Source: an uncultured Pelagibacteraceae bacterium (GTDB taxonomy: Bacteria; Pseudomonadota; Alphaproteobacteria; Pelagibacterales; Pelagibacteraceae). Taken from it: 64,000 nucleotides of DNA. Both the position numbers and the translations under genes were made by a program. Shown here piece by piece: positions 54,619 through 64,000 of this stretch (position 1 is its first letter; the number at the start of each line of letters is the position of its first letter). The stretch spans positions 28,911 through 92,910 of the forward strand of contig CACIPQ010000002.1 in assembly GCA_902588585.1 (NCBI GenBank), written 5' to 3'. The notes below the pieces were generated by a model. That model searched no databases and was not told the DNA's origin. It worked only from the letters and a program-made list of their open reading frames with translations.

Positions 54619-57600
54619 AAAAATTTTAGTTATAGGAGCTGGTCCAATTGTCATTGGTCAGGCATGTGAATTTGATTATTCAGGAACCCAGGCTTGTAAA
54701 GCTTTAAAAGACGAAGGGTACAAAGTAATATTAATTAATTCTAATCCTGCAACAATAATGACAGATCCAGAAGTCGCAGACAGAACCTACATAGAACCAA
54801 TTACAATCGAGATCGTAGAAAAAATAATAAAAAAAGAAAAGCCATGTGCAATCTTGCCGACCATGGGTGGACAAACCGCACTGAATACAGCGATATTAAT
54901 GGAAAAAAAAGGAATATTAAAAAAAAATAAAGTTGAGTTAATTGGAGCAAAAGCCAAAGCAATATCTAGAGCAGAAGATAGAGATTTGTTCAGAAAATCT
55001 ATGAAAGAAATAAACTTGGATTTACCTAAATCAGAAATAATTAATTCATTTGGTAAGTCAAACAAGGTTCTGAAAAAAATTGGTTTACCGGCTATCATAA
55101 GGCCTTCTTTCACTTTGGGTGGTTCAGGCGGAGGTATTGCAAAAAATAAAAAAGAATTCTTTGATTTAATAAAGTCTGGTCTTGCAGAATCTCCTGAGAA
55201 TCAAGTTTTGGTGGAAGAGTCCCTTGAAGGATGGAAAGAATTTGAAATGGAGGTTGTTAGAGACAAAAAAGATAATTGTATTATAATTTGTTCGATAGAA
55301 AATGTTGACCCAATGGGGATACACACTGGTGACTCTGTCACGGTTGCACCTGCATTAACATTAACTGACAAAGAATTTCAAGTTATGAGAAATGCATCGA
55401 TTGAATGCTTGAGAAAAATTGGTGTTGAGACTGGTGGCTCTAATGTTCAATTCGCTATTAACCCAAAAGATGGAAGAATGGTTATCATTGAAATGAATCC
55501 AAGAGTTTCTAGATCATCAGCCTTAGCTTCAAAGGCTACTGGATTTCCAATTGCAAAGGTGGCTGCAAAATTAGCTGTTGGATATACTCTTGATGAACTA
55601 ACAAATGAAATCACCGGGACAACTCCCGCATCATTCGAACCAACAATAGATTACGTTGTAACAAAAATTCCAAGATTTACTTTTGAAAAATTTAAATCGG
55701 CTAAAGCTAAACTAGGGACTTCTATGAAATCAGTAGGAGAAGCGATGTCTATAGGAAGAAACTTTAAAGAATCTTTTCAAAAAGGGTTGGTTTCATTAGA
55801 AATTGGCTATAAAGGATTGGACTCACTTGAACAATTATCAGTTAAAGAATTAAAGAAAAAGTTGGGCCAAAATTTACCTGACAAACTTATTATCGTTGCT
55901 GAAGCTTTAAGGAGAAAAGTTAGTATTAATAATATTTATAAACTTACAAATATTGATCCTTGGTTTTTAGAACAAATATCTGAGTTGGTTAAAGAAGAAA
56001 GAAAATTAAAAAAATATGGCTTACCAAAAACAACTAAGGAGCTATCTTATATTAAATCTATAGGATTTTCTGATGATAAAATTGCAGAATTAACTAAGAC
56101 CACTGTCAATGAAGTTAAAAAACAGAGACAAAAATTAGATGTGTTTCCTGTATTTAAAAAAATTGATACTTGTGCGGCTGAGTTTAAATCAGAAACTCCA
56201 TATATGTATTCGACTTATCAAAAGTTAGCGGGTGACTTGGCTGCTTGCGAGTCCAACCCAACAGATAAGGAAAAAATCATAATATTAGGGGGAGGTCCAA
56301 ACAGAATTGGACAAGGTATAGAATTTGACTATTGCTGCTGTCAAGCAAGCTTTGCTTTAAAAGAAAAAGGATATGAGACAATTATGGTTAATTGTAATCC
56401 AGAAACAGTTTCCACCGACTATGACACTAGTGACAGATTATACTTTGAACCCTTGGTAGAGGAGAGTGTATTAAATATAATAAATAAAGAAATGAAAAAT
56501 GGAAAACTACTTGGTGTTATTGCCCAATTTGGCGGTCAAACCCCTATAAAATTGGCAAAAACTCTTGAAGAAAATAGTATTCCAATTTTAGGTACTCAAT
56601 TTGACTCCATAGATCTTGCAGAAGATAGAGAAAGATTTAAAGAAATACTTGTTAAAGAAAATTTAAAACAGGCAGATAGTGGTATTGCAAAAAATAAGGA
56701 TGAAGCATTTAAGATTGCTAGTAAAATAGGTTTTCCAATTGTTATTAGACCATCCTATGTCCTTGGGGGAAGAGGCATGGAAATAATTTATAGTCAGTCA
56801 GATTTAAAGAAATATATAGATGAGGCAGTTAAAGTATCGGGATCAAATCCTGTTCTTATTGATAAATTCTTAAATGAAGCAACTGAAGTTGATGTAGATG
56901 GAATATCCGATGGAAATAATGTTTTTGTTGCTGGAATTATGGAACACATTGAAGAGGCTGGTATACATTCTGGGGACTCTGCGTGTTCACTGCCTCCTTA
57001 CACTTTAGGCAAAGAAATTATCGATAAAATAGAAAAGCAAACCAGACAGTTGGCTATTGCTTTAAAGGTGGTTGGTCTAATTAATATTCAGTTTGCAGTT
57101 AAAGGTAGCGAAGTTTATGTGTTAGAAGTGAATCCAAGAGCAAGTAGAACTGTACCGTTTGTTTCAAAAGCTACAAGCCTTCCTGTTGCTAAAATAGCAT
57201 CCAGAGTAATGGCAGGTGAAAAACTGTCTAATTTTGATTTAAAAAGAAAAAACGAAAATACTTTTGCGGTAAAAGAAGCTGTATTTCCTTTCAATAGATT
57301 TCCTGAGGTAGATGTACTTTTAGGTCCAGAAATGAAATCAACTGGTGAGGCAATGGGGTTTGATAAAAATTTTGGTTTGTCTTTTGCAAAAAGTCAAATT
57401 GCAAGCAATAATAGAATTCCTTTAAAGGGAATCGCTTTTATTTCTGTAAAAGATAAAGATAAAGAAAAAATATTAAATAATGCAGAAAAGTTAATAAAAT
57501 TAGGATTCTCGATATGTGCTACTTCTGGAACAGCAAGATATTTAATGTCTAATGGGATCAAATGCAAAAAAATTAACAAAGTTAGTCAAGGATCTCCGCA

Positions 57601-57814
57601 TATAGTAGAAAAGTTAAATAAAAAAAATATTGCTCTAGTAATTAACACCACAGAGGGAAAAAATTCGATATCGGATTCTTTTAGTCTAAGAAGGTCGAGT
57701 TTAATGAATAAAATTCCTTACTTTACTACAATGGCTGCCGCAAATGCCTGTTTAGAGTCTATTGAGTCACTGAAAAAATATCCTATAAAAGTAAGAGCTT
57801 TACAAGATAATTAG
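54596..57814 (+). CDS. carB: Carbamoyl-phosphate synthase large subunit
   Basis: [30 protein letters not shown], duplicated ATP-grasp halves, 1072 aa. Confidence 0.95.
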   Translation: MGKRRDIKKILVIGAGPIVIGQACEFDYSGTQACKALKDEGYKVILINSNPATIMTDPEVADRTYIEPITIEIVEKIIKKEKPCAILPTMGGQTALNTAILMEKKGILKKNKVELIGAKAKAISRAEDRDLFRKSMKEINLDLPKSEIINSFGKSNKVLKKIGLPAIIRPSFTLGGSGGGIAKNKKEFFDLIKSGLAESPENQVLVEESLEGWKEFEMEVVRDKKDNCIIICSIENVDPMGIHTGDSVTVAPALTLTDKEFQVMRNASIECLRKIGVETGGSNVQFAINPKDGRMVIIEMNPRVSRSSALASKATGFPIAKVAAKLAVGYTLDELTNEITGTTPASFEPTIDYVVTKIPRFTFEKFKSAKAKLGTSMKSVGEAMSIGRNFKESFQKGLVSLEIGYKGLDSLEQLSVKELKKKLGQNLPDKLIIVAEALRRKVSINNIYKLTNIDPWFLEQISELVKEERKLKKYGLPKTTKELSYIKSIGFSDDKIAELTKTTVNEVKKQRQKLDVFPVFKKIDTCAAEFKSETPYMYSTYQKLAGDLAACESNPTDKEKIIILGGGPNRIGQGIEFDYCCCQASFALKEKGYETIMVNCNPETVSTDYDTSDRLYFEPLVEESVLNIINKEMKNGKLLGVIAQFGGQTPIKLAKTLEENSIPILGTQFDSIDLAEDRERFKEILVKENLKQADSGIAKNKDEAFKIASKIGFPIVIRPSYVLGGRGMEIIYSQSDLKKYIDEAVKVSGSNPVLIDKFLNEATEVDVDGISDGNNVFVAGIMEHIEEAGIHSGDSACSLPPYTLGKEIIDKIEKQTRQLAIALKVVGLINIQFAVKGSEVYVLEVNPRASRTVPFVSKATSLPVAKIASRVMAGEKLSNFDLKRKNENTFAVKEAVFPFNRFPEVDVLLGPEMKSTGEAMGFDKNFGLSFAKSQIASNNRIPLKGIAFISVKDKDKEKILNNAEKLIKLGFSICATSGTARYLMSNGIKCKKINKVSQGSPHIVEKLNKKNIALVINTTEGKNSISDSFSLRRSSLMNKIPYFTTMAAANACLESIESLKKYPIKVRALQDN

Positions 57815-58002
57815 GTTCTGCAGGCCATATCTTGACCGCAGCATAATGGAGATTTTATTTTTCCGTGATTATTCGGACATTTAGAAATTTGAACCTGTTT
57901 CCCGCCATCAAGCTTTAAGTTGTCATTAGCTAATGGAGCATTACATTTTCCACATGTAGCATTGACTGACATCCCACATTTTGAACATTCGTATGTTGAC
58001 AT
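57811..58002 (-). CDS. Small Cys-rich (8 Cys in 63 aa) putative metal-binding/zinc-ribbon-like protein
   Basis: [24 protein letters not shown]...[31 protein letters not shown] (58014-58007) lies 4 nt upstream of the ATG at 58002, so I prefer this start over the track start at 58032. Confidence 0.55.
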   Translation of the reverse strand: MSTYECSKCGMSVNATCGKCNAPLANDNLKLDGGKQVQISKCPNNHGKIKSPLCCGQDMACRT

Positions 58003-58032
58003 ATTTCCTCCTCCAGCACCAATCATATACAA

Positions 58033-58698
58033 TTAGGATTTCACTTTCCAGTCAGTTTTAAAGGAAACATAGTTAACCTGTACGCAGCGTCTTTCTTTTT
58101 TGATCTCTTTTTTTTCCATTCCATGCCAAGTATTTGGCCCGCTAGTAAAGAAATAACCATAATTATTTCTGTAAGGGACAGTTTTGACTTTATTAAGTTT
58201 TTCATCATAAAAGTCAGTTCCTAAATTTTCTGATTCATTAAAGGGATTAACAAATATTAATGATGATAATAATTTCTCTTTAATATCGCAGTGTGGCTTA
58301 AGCCAAAATCCAGTTCTGTCACAAATTACCTCTACTCTTACAAAAGAGTTTGATAAATCCTTTTTTATTAGTTCGCCTATGTACTGTTGTACATTTTTTG
58401 AGCAAAGTTCATTAATAAAATTTGTTAATTCAGGAAAATTTTTTGAGTTTTCTTTCGTTACAAAACATCTATATTTTTTAGCTTTACCTCCAGACTTAAT
58501 GCCTTCTCTATATGTGCCCTCACCTCCGTCGATAGCTCTTGTTCCATCGTATTTAAGACCATCGATAATAGGGTTGGCAATTTCAGCACTACAAACCTCT
58601 TTTATGGCCAATTCTGTCAAAGGTTGGTTTATAGCCCAATGTTTGAAAGGTTTGTCGTAAGTTTCCAATCTTGACTTTAATGAATTAAATAATTCCAT
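58033..58698 (-). CDS. 2OG-Fe(II) oxygenase-superfamily-like protein
   Basis: HxD...H...R pattern: LKPHCDIKE, then NTWHGME, then RRCVQVNY. The N-terminal KPFKHWAINQPL resembles the PFxHxxIDxFL start of prolyl-hydroxylase-like enzymes. This is a by-eye call. Confidence 0.5.
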   Translation of the reverse strand: MELFNSLKSRLETYDKPFKHWAINQPLTELAIKEVCSAEIANPIIDGLKYDGTRAIDGGEGTYREGIKSGGKAKKYRCFVTKENSKNFPELTNFINELCSKNVQQYIGELIKKDLSNSFVRVEVICDRTGFWLKPHCDIKEKLLSSLIFVNPFNESENLGTDFYDEKLNKVKTVPYRNNYGYFFTSGPNTWHGMEKKEIKKERRCVQVNYVSFKTDWKVKS

Positions 58699-59635
58699 TT
58701 TTTTTCATTTTTTCTTTTACCATAGATGCGGCACGATTAACTTCGTCTAATCCGCTATAAGTCCAATGCTCAATTTTATCATCCAGATCCCTAATTATAC
58801 CAAGATCTTTGAACAATTTATAAAACTTTTGAAATCTATGAATATTTTTTTTATTTTTCATTTGTGCAACATATACTGGTTTGCCTGTAATAGCAGCCTC
58901 TGAAATCATTGATGTTGAATCGCAAGTTACAATTATAATGTCTGCAAGACCAAGTGACGATAAATAGGCTTTTTTGTCTCTTTCTTTTACTACCAAATGA
59001 TTATCGCTAAAGTAATTAAAAGCAAGTTTTAAGATATTTTCTGGAGTTCTGTACGACGGAATTACAATCAATTTATATTTTGAGTAAACAAACAAATTTT
59101 TTATTTTTGCAAATGTAGAGGTCATTTGCTTTTCTGAAAAACCATAATATTTATTTGGGCCTCCAAGAATAAGGGTAACAATTTTTTTGTTTTCTGCTCT
59201 TGGGTTTAAATAATTTATGTTTTTTTTAATTTCATCATTGGTAAGATAATGTATAGCTCCTTTGGTTTTAATAACATTATTGCCATCCAAATTGTCGTGT
59301 TCTGGACAAATAATAGAATCAAAATTACTCAGACCTACCTTTGGGTCCTGAATATGAATTGTAAATATTTCTTTTTTAAACCGTCTCTTTAACAAAATAG
59401 AGGGAACTACGCTTTTTCTTCCGCAAGAAATTACTACTTTTGAATCGCAAATAAACCTATTTGCTAAAATGCTCTCAGATACTGGTGTAAATTTTGGCGG
59501 AACAATATCCCAGATTTTCTTAAGTTTTATGGTTTCATGCCTAAATTTTAAACCCAGGGCTTTTGCCAAACCTTCAACCTGGCTTATCATACCATGCATA
59601 CCTTGGGTCAAAAGAAGGGCTCTGAGCTTTAACAT
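58685..59635 (-). CDS. ELM1/DUF1022-family protein (predicted GT-B-like)
   Basis: The following blocks match my recollection of the ELM1 (mitochondrial fission) family consensus: LLLTQGMHGMISQVEGLAKALGL, HIQDPKVGLSNFDSIICPEHD, LILGGPNK, IPSYRTPE and ADIIIVTCDSTSMISEAAITGKPVYV. Confidence 0.65.
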   Translation of the reverse strand: MLKLRALLLTQGMHGMISQVEGLAKALGLKFRHETIKLKKIWDIVPPKFTPVSESILANRFICDSKVVISCGRKSVVPSILLKRRFKKEIFTIHIQDPKVGLSNFDSIICPEHDNLDGNNVIKTKGAIHYLTNDEIKKNINYLNPRAENKKIVTLILGGPNKYYGFSEKQMTSTFAKIKNLFVYSKYKLIVIPSYRTPENILKLAFNYFSDNHLVVKERDKKAYLSSLGLADIIIVTCDSTSMISEAAITGKPVYVAQMKNKKNIHRFQKFYKLFKDLGIIRDLDDKIEHWTYSGLDEVNRAASMVKEKMKKNGII

Positions 59636-59733
59636 AAGATACCTTATATATTTCTAAGTTTTATTTATCCACATATAAAAAACGGAATAGCTTTTTATTT
59701 AAATACAAACCTTTATACATGTTCAATGGAAAT

Positions 59734-60765
59734 ATGCGTATTGAAGAAGATATCAAGTTGGATTATGCCGATGTTCTATTTCGGCCAAAAAGAAGTACTT
59801 TGCATAGCCGTAAAGATGTAAAGCTCGAGCGTACGTATAAATTCAAATATAGCAATCATGAATGGTCCGGTATTCCCCTGATGGCCGCTAACATGGATGG
59901 TGTTGGGGAACTTCAAATGGCAGAAAAATTAGCTGAACATCAAATTATGACTTGCTTAACTAAACAGCATAATTCCAAAACAATAAAAAAATTTTCCTCT
60001 ATTAAGAAAATCTTTCCTCATGTTGTTCTCAGTACCGGAACAAGTGATGAGGATTACAAAAGGCTAAACGAAATTTTGAAAGAATACAGTTTTTTTGAAT
60101 TTATCTGTATTGATATTGCAAATGGTTACTCTGATCATTTCAGTAAATTTGTCAGTTCAGTTAGAAAGAAATATCCTACTAAAACTATAATTGCAGGAAA
60201 TGTTGTCACTGCAGATATGACCCAAGAGCTAGTTTTAGCTGGAGCTGACATTGTAAAAGTCGGTATCGGTCCAGGAAGTGTTTGTACCACGCGTATTCAG
60301 ACAGGTGTAGGGTACCCACAACTAAGTGCTGTCATCGAATGTGCAGATGCTGCTCACGGATTAGGAGCTCATATTATCGCCGACGGAGGCTGTACATGCC
60401 CAGGGGATGTAGCTAAAGCATTTGGTGGAGGAGCTGATTTTGTGATGCTAGGAGGTATGTTCGCGGGTCATGATGAGGGTGGTGGAAAAGTTGTGAAAAA
60501 GAATGGTTCAAAATTAATAGAATTTTATGGTTCAAGTTCTGAAACAGCTCTAAACAAACATTACGGGGGCCACGCAGACTATAGAAGTAGTGAGGGTAAA
60601 AAGGTCCAATTAAAATATCGTGGAAAAATAAATGATACAGTTTTAAATATTTTAGGTGGATTGAGAAGTAGTTGCACCTATGTAGGAGCTCCATCTTTAA
60701 AACAATTAAGTAAGTGCACAACCTTTGTAAGAGTTAATCAACAGTATAACGATACTTTTGAATAA
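59734..60765 (+). CDS. guaC: GMP reductase
   Basis: [29 protein letters not shown] matches the E. coli GuaC N-terminus. The catalytic block is [11 protein letters not shown]. The start is trimmed from 59719 to 59734. Confidence 0.9.
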   Translation: MRIEEDIKLDYADVLFRPKRSTLHSRKDVKLERTYKFKYSNHEWSGIPLMAANMDGVGELQMAEKLAEHQIMTCLTKQHNSKTIKKFSSIKKIFPHVVLSTGTSDEDYKRLNEILKEYSFFEFICIDIANGYSDHFSKFVSSVRKKYPTKTIIAGNVVTADMTQELVLAGADIVKVGIGPGSVCTTRIQTGVGYPQLSAVIECADAAHGLGAHIIADGGCTCPGDVAKAFGGGADFVMLGGMFAGHDEGGGKVVKKNGSKLIEFYGSSSETALNKHYGGHADYRSSEGKKVQLKYRGKINDTVLNILGGLRSSCTYVGAPSLKQLSKCTTFVRVNQQYNDTFE

Positions 60766-60813
60766 AAGTTTAAGCTTTAAATTTTATTAAAAATACCTAT
60801 ATGAGCCTTATTA

Positions 60814-61749
60814 ATGAAAAAGCACTCTAAAGTATTAATTTTAGGATCTGGTCCAGCTGGTTACACGGCTGCTATTTATGCTGCCAGAGCTATGTTAAAG
60901 CCAATATTGGTATTTGGATCTGAACCAGGCGGTCAATTAACTACAACTACAGATGTAGAGAATTTTCCTGGTTACTCAAAAGTAATTCAAGGTCCTTGGT
61001 TAATGGAAGAAATGAAAGGCCAAGCAAAAGCGGTGGGGACTGAAATGATCCAAGATCATATAAGCAAAGTAGATCTATCAAAAAAACCTTTTACAGCAAC
61101 AGGCGATAGTGGTCAGGTTTATACAGCAGACAGCTTCATAATCTCAACTGGTGCACAAGCGAGATGGTTAAATTTAAAATCTGAGCAAGAATTTAGGGGA
61201 TTTGGTGTTTCCGCTTGCGCAACATGTGACGGTTTCTTTTTCAAAGAAAAAGAAGTGGCAGTTGTGGGAGGTGGTAATGCAGCCGTAGAAGAGGCAATGT
61301 TTTTAACTAAATTTGCATCTAAAGTAAAACTCATTCATAGAAGAAATGAATTAAGAGCAGAAAAAATGCTTCAAGCAAAATTAAAAGCAAACAAAAAGAT
61401 TGAAATTATATGGGATAGCGTTGTTGAAGACGTAATTGGAGAAAAAAAACCAAAATCAGTTAAAGCAATAAAAATTAAGAACGTAAAAACTAATAAAACT
61501 TCTGAGCTAAAAGTAGATGGGCTTTTTATTGCTATAGGACACGATCCAGCAACCTCGCTTTTTAAAGGTCAGTTAAATATGGATAAAGAGGGATATATAG
61601 TTACCAAACCAGACTCTACTGTGACTAATGTACCTGGTGTTTTTGCAGCAGGAGATGTTAAGGATAAAATATTTAGACAGGCAGTTACTGCGGCCGGAAT
61701 GGGATGCATGGCCGCACTTGAAGCTGAAAAACATTTGTCATCAAAATGA
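60814..61749 (+). CDS. trxB: Thioredoxin reductase
   Basis: GSGPAGYTAA FAD motif, redox-active CATCDG and GGGNAAVEEA NADPH motif. Confidence 0.95.
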   Translation: MKKHSKVLILGSGPAGYTAAIYAARAMLKPILVFGSEPGGQLTTTTDVENFPGYSKVIQGPWLMEEMKGQAKAVGTEMIQDHISKVDLSKKPFTATGDSGQVYTADSFIISTGAQARWLNLKSEQEFRGFGVSACATCDGFFFKEKEVAVVGGGNAAVEEAMFLTKFASKVKLIHRRNELRAEKMLQAKLKANKKIEIIWDSVVEDVIGEKKPKSVKAIKIKNVKTNKTSELKVDGLFIAIGHDPATSLFKGQLNMDKEGYIVTKPDSTVTNVPGVFAAGDVKDKIFRQAVTAAGMGCMAALEAEKHLSSK

Positions 61750-62768
61750 GCAATAAAGTTTTACTAACAGGAATAAGCGGATGGATTGCAAAACATACTG
61801 CAATAGAATTATTAAATTCTGGCTACGAGGTTTTAGGAACAGTAAGGAACAATACTTTAATTGAGGAAACAAAAGAAACTATAAGTAAATATGCTCCAAT
61901 AGATAAATTGTCATTTGTTGAGTTGGATCTTCTCAAAGATGATGGATGGAATGAGGCAGCAAAAGGATGTAAATATATATTTCACATTGCTTCTCCATTT
62001 CCCATGAAAGTTTCAAAAAATAGAGAAAGTTTATTGCCCACTGCTGTTGATGGGACATTAAGAGTATTAAACGCTGGTGTAAATGCTGGTGTGGAACAAA
62101 TAATTAAAACTTCCTCAATCGTTGCAATGTTTAGAAAACCTAACAGAAGCAATCCCTATACTTTTGGAGAAAATGATTGGACTGATGAAAACTGGATAGA
62201 GGGTGTGAGTGACTACTTTTTGTCAAAAACAAAAGCAGAAAGAACTGCTTGGGAGTTTATGGAGAGTAAAGGATTAAAAAATAAATTAACGGCAATTAAT
62301 CCTGGCGGAGTATTTGGTGATGCTTTAGATAAAAAAGGTGGTACATCAATAGAATATGTTAGACAATTTATGTCAGGTAAATTTCCAGGAGCACCAAAAT
62401 TTGCAGTTTTAATTTCTGATGTCAAAGATATAGCAAAAGCACATGTTGCCTGTATAGGAAATAAAAAAGTCGGTGGAAGAAGATTAATTGTTGGAAAAGA
62501 AGTAAAAAAACTAGTTGAGTTATCTCAATTGATGGCCGAAGCGATGCCTGAGTATGCAAAAAAACTTCCCAAAAAAGAACTGCCAAATTTTATGGTTAAA
62601 TTAATAAGTTATTTAGATTCAAGTGCTAAAACAATGATACCGGATCTAGGAATTTTAATGCAAACTGATACAACTTATGCAGAAGAATTATTAGGTTTTA
62701 AATTTAAACCTGCAAAAGGTTGTATGGCAGAGAATGCTAGATCAGTAGTTAGACTGGGATTAGTTTAA
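61746..62768 (+). CDS. Extended-SDR NAD(P)-dependent reductase (dihydroflavonol/cinnamoyl-CoA reductase-like aldehyde reductase)
   Basis: LLTGISGWIAKH Rossmann motif and YFLSKTKAE (YxxxK). It has an ATGA overlap with trxB. Confidence 0.7.
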   Translation: MSNKVLLTGISGWIAKHTAIELLNSGYEVLGTVRNNTLIEETKETISKYAPIDKLSFVELDLLKDDGWNEAAKGCKYIFHIASPFPMKVSKNRESLLPTAVDGTLRVLNAGVNAGVEQIIKTSSIVAMFRKPNRSNPYTFGENDWTDENWIEGVSDYFLSKTKAERTAWEFMESKGLKNKLTAINPGGVFGDALDKKGGTSIEYVRQFMSGKFPGAPKFAVLISDVKDIAKAHVACIGNKKVGGRRLIVGKEVKKLVELSQLMAEAMPEYAKKLPKKELPNFMVKLISYLDSSAKTMIPDLGILMQTDTTYAEELLGFKFKPAKGCMAENARSVVRLGLV

Positions 62769-63947
62769 ACTTTCACAAAAAGATTTTATTCTCTCTAAAG
62801 CTTTTTTAAGATTATCCATTGAAGTGGCATAAGAAATTCTAAAATATCCATCCAATCCAAATGCGGATCCTTGAACTACTGCTACTTCTGACTTTTCAAG
62901 TAATTTTTCAACAAAATCTTTATCTGTTTTTAATTTTGTTTTTTTTCCTAATAATTTTTTACAGTTTGGGAATACATAAAAAGCACCATTAGGTTTTAAG
63001 CAGCTTAATCCTTCAATATTATTTAAGTTTTCAACAACAAAATCTCTTCTCTCTTTAAATGATTCAGATCTAGTTTTAATGAAATCTTGTGTTCCATTTA
63101 AAGCTTCAACTGCTGCAGCTTGACTTATAGAAGATGGATTTGTTGTTGATTGAGACTGAATTTTAGCCATAGCTTTAATTATATCTTTTGGTCCAGCTCC
63201 GTAACCTATTCTCCATCCTGTCATTGAATAAGATTTACTTACTCCATTCATGGTTAGAACTCTATCTTTTAAAGATTTTATTTGTGCAATGGTAAAAAAT
63301 TCGAATCCATCGTAAGTTATATGTTCGTATATATCGTCGCTTAAAATAAAAACTTTTTTATTTTTAATTAAAATTTTTGATAGCTCTTGTATCTCTTCCT
63401 TTGTATAACAAGATCCCGTGGGATTAGACGGGGAATTAATAATTAACCATTTAGTTTTTTTATTAATAGCTTTTTTAAGTTCCACTGGAGTTATTTTAAA
63501 TTCATTTTTTTCAGAGCATTTTACTATTTTAGGTTTACCACCAGCTAATAAAACCATGTCTGGATAAGACACCCAATATGGTGCCGGGATAATTACTTCG
63601 TCACCTGGATTCAACGTAGCCATGAAAGCGTTATAGAGTACTTGCTTTCCTCCAGTTCCAACTGAGATTTGATCTAGTTCATAAGTTAAATTATTCTCTC
63701 TAGAAAATTTTTCTTTGATAGCCTTTTTAAGTGCTGGAGTTCCATCTACGGCTGTATACTTAGTGTCACCTTTTTTAATAGCCTGAATAGCCGCCTCTTT
63801 AATATTGTCTGGCGTATCAAAATCAGGTTCTCCTGCTCCTAATCCAATTACATCTTTGCCGGCTGCTCTCATTTCCCTTGCTTTTGAGGTCACAGCTATG
63901 GTTGGGGACGGTTTTATTCGTTTTAAACTATTGGAAACTATGCTCAT
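62760..63947 (-). CDS. aspC: Aspartate/aromatic class-I aminotransferase
   Basis: NPSNPTG, and SKSYSMTGWRIGY containing the PLP lysine, in a 395-aa protein. Confidence 0.85.
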   Translation of the reverse strand: MSIVSNSLKRIKPSPTIAVTSKAREMRAAGKDVIGLGAGEPDFDTPDNIKEAAIQAIKKGDTKYTAVDGTPALKKAIKEKFSRENNLTYELDQISVGTGGKQVLYNAFMATLNPGDEVIIPAPYWVSYPDMVLLAGGKPKIVKCSEKNEFKITPVELKKAINKKTKWLIINSPSNPTGSCYTKEEIQELSKILIKNKKVFILSDDIYEHITYDGFEFFTIAQIKSLKDRVLTMNGVSKSYSMTGWRIGYGAGPKDIIKAMAKIQSQSTTNPSSISQAAAVEALNGTQDFIKTRSESFKERRDFVVENLNNIEGLSCLKPNGAFYVFPNCKKLLGKKTKLKTDKDFVEKLLEKSEVAVVQGSAFGLDGYFRISYATSMDNLKKALERIKSFCESLN

Positions 63948-64000
63948 TGAAATTTATAATATTTTGTTATTATTAACATAAAATGCAAAATACTTATCAA

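Noticed and set aside
58003-58032. 10-codon N-terminal extension (MYMIGAGGGN) of the Cys-rich ORF
   Set aside because: These codons are themselves the GGAGGAGG Shine-Dalgarno-like element, positioned 4 nt before the ATG at 58002, so the shorter 63-aa form is more plausible.

Overview
Very AT-rich, extremely gene-dense bacterial chromosome segment: about 57 CDS plus 3 RNA genes in 64 kb, with spacers of 0-50 nt and many 1-32 nt gene overlaps. I saw no rRNA, CRISPR, transposase, integrase or recognisable defence system. A permuted two-piece tmRNA, an hflK-hflC-DUF2065-degP block, an ELM1/DUF1022 homologue and the streamlining together suggest a SAR11/Pelagibacterales-like alphaproteobacterium; this is inference with no database check. 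Most of the window is core housekeeping: ilvB (partial), miaA, degP, hflKC, mrp, thyX, fumC, uvrD, pepP, mlaA/mlaC, rpoD, dnaG, carAB, guaC, trxB and aspC. A 21-kb co-directional minus-strand block runs mraZ-ftsZ-rsmH-ftsL-ftsI-murEF-mraY-murD-ftsW-murG-murC-murB-ddl-ftsQ-ftsA-lpxC-bamD-ligA. RNA genes are a two-piece tmRNA (~7100-7352, +), RNase P RNA (~43472-43830, -) and a tRNA-CAU (46049-46125, -). The most interesting points are: (1) an unfused Arn-like N-formyl-aminosugar operon, plus a divergent C-methyltransferase/GT-C-like pair, lying directly against ssrA; (2) an ELM1-like / 2OG-Fe(II)-oxygenase-like / 8-Cys 63-aa protein operon; (3) a rearranged dcw cluster, with ftsZ between mraZ and rsmH, murE and murF in one ORF, and an FtsA with degenerate nucleotide-binding motifs; (4) loss of metal-ligand cysteines in Mrp (no Cys at all) and in the DnaG zinc ribbon; (5) a second GT-C-like/SGNH-like module next to the tRNA. 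All family calls come from reading motifs in the supplied translations or from hand translation; no HMM or BLAST search was possible.
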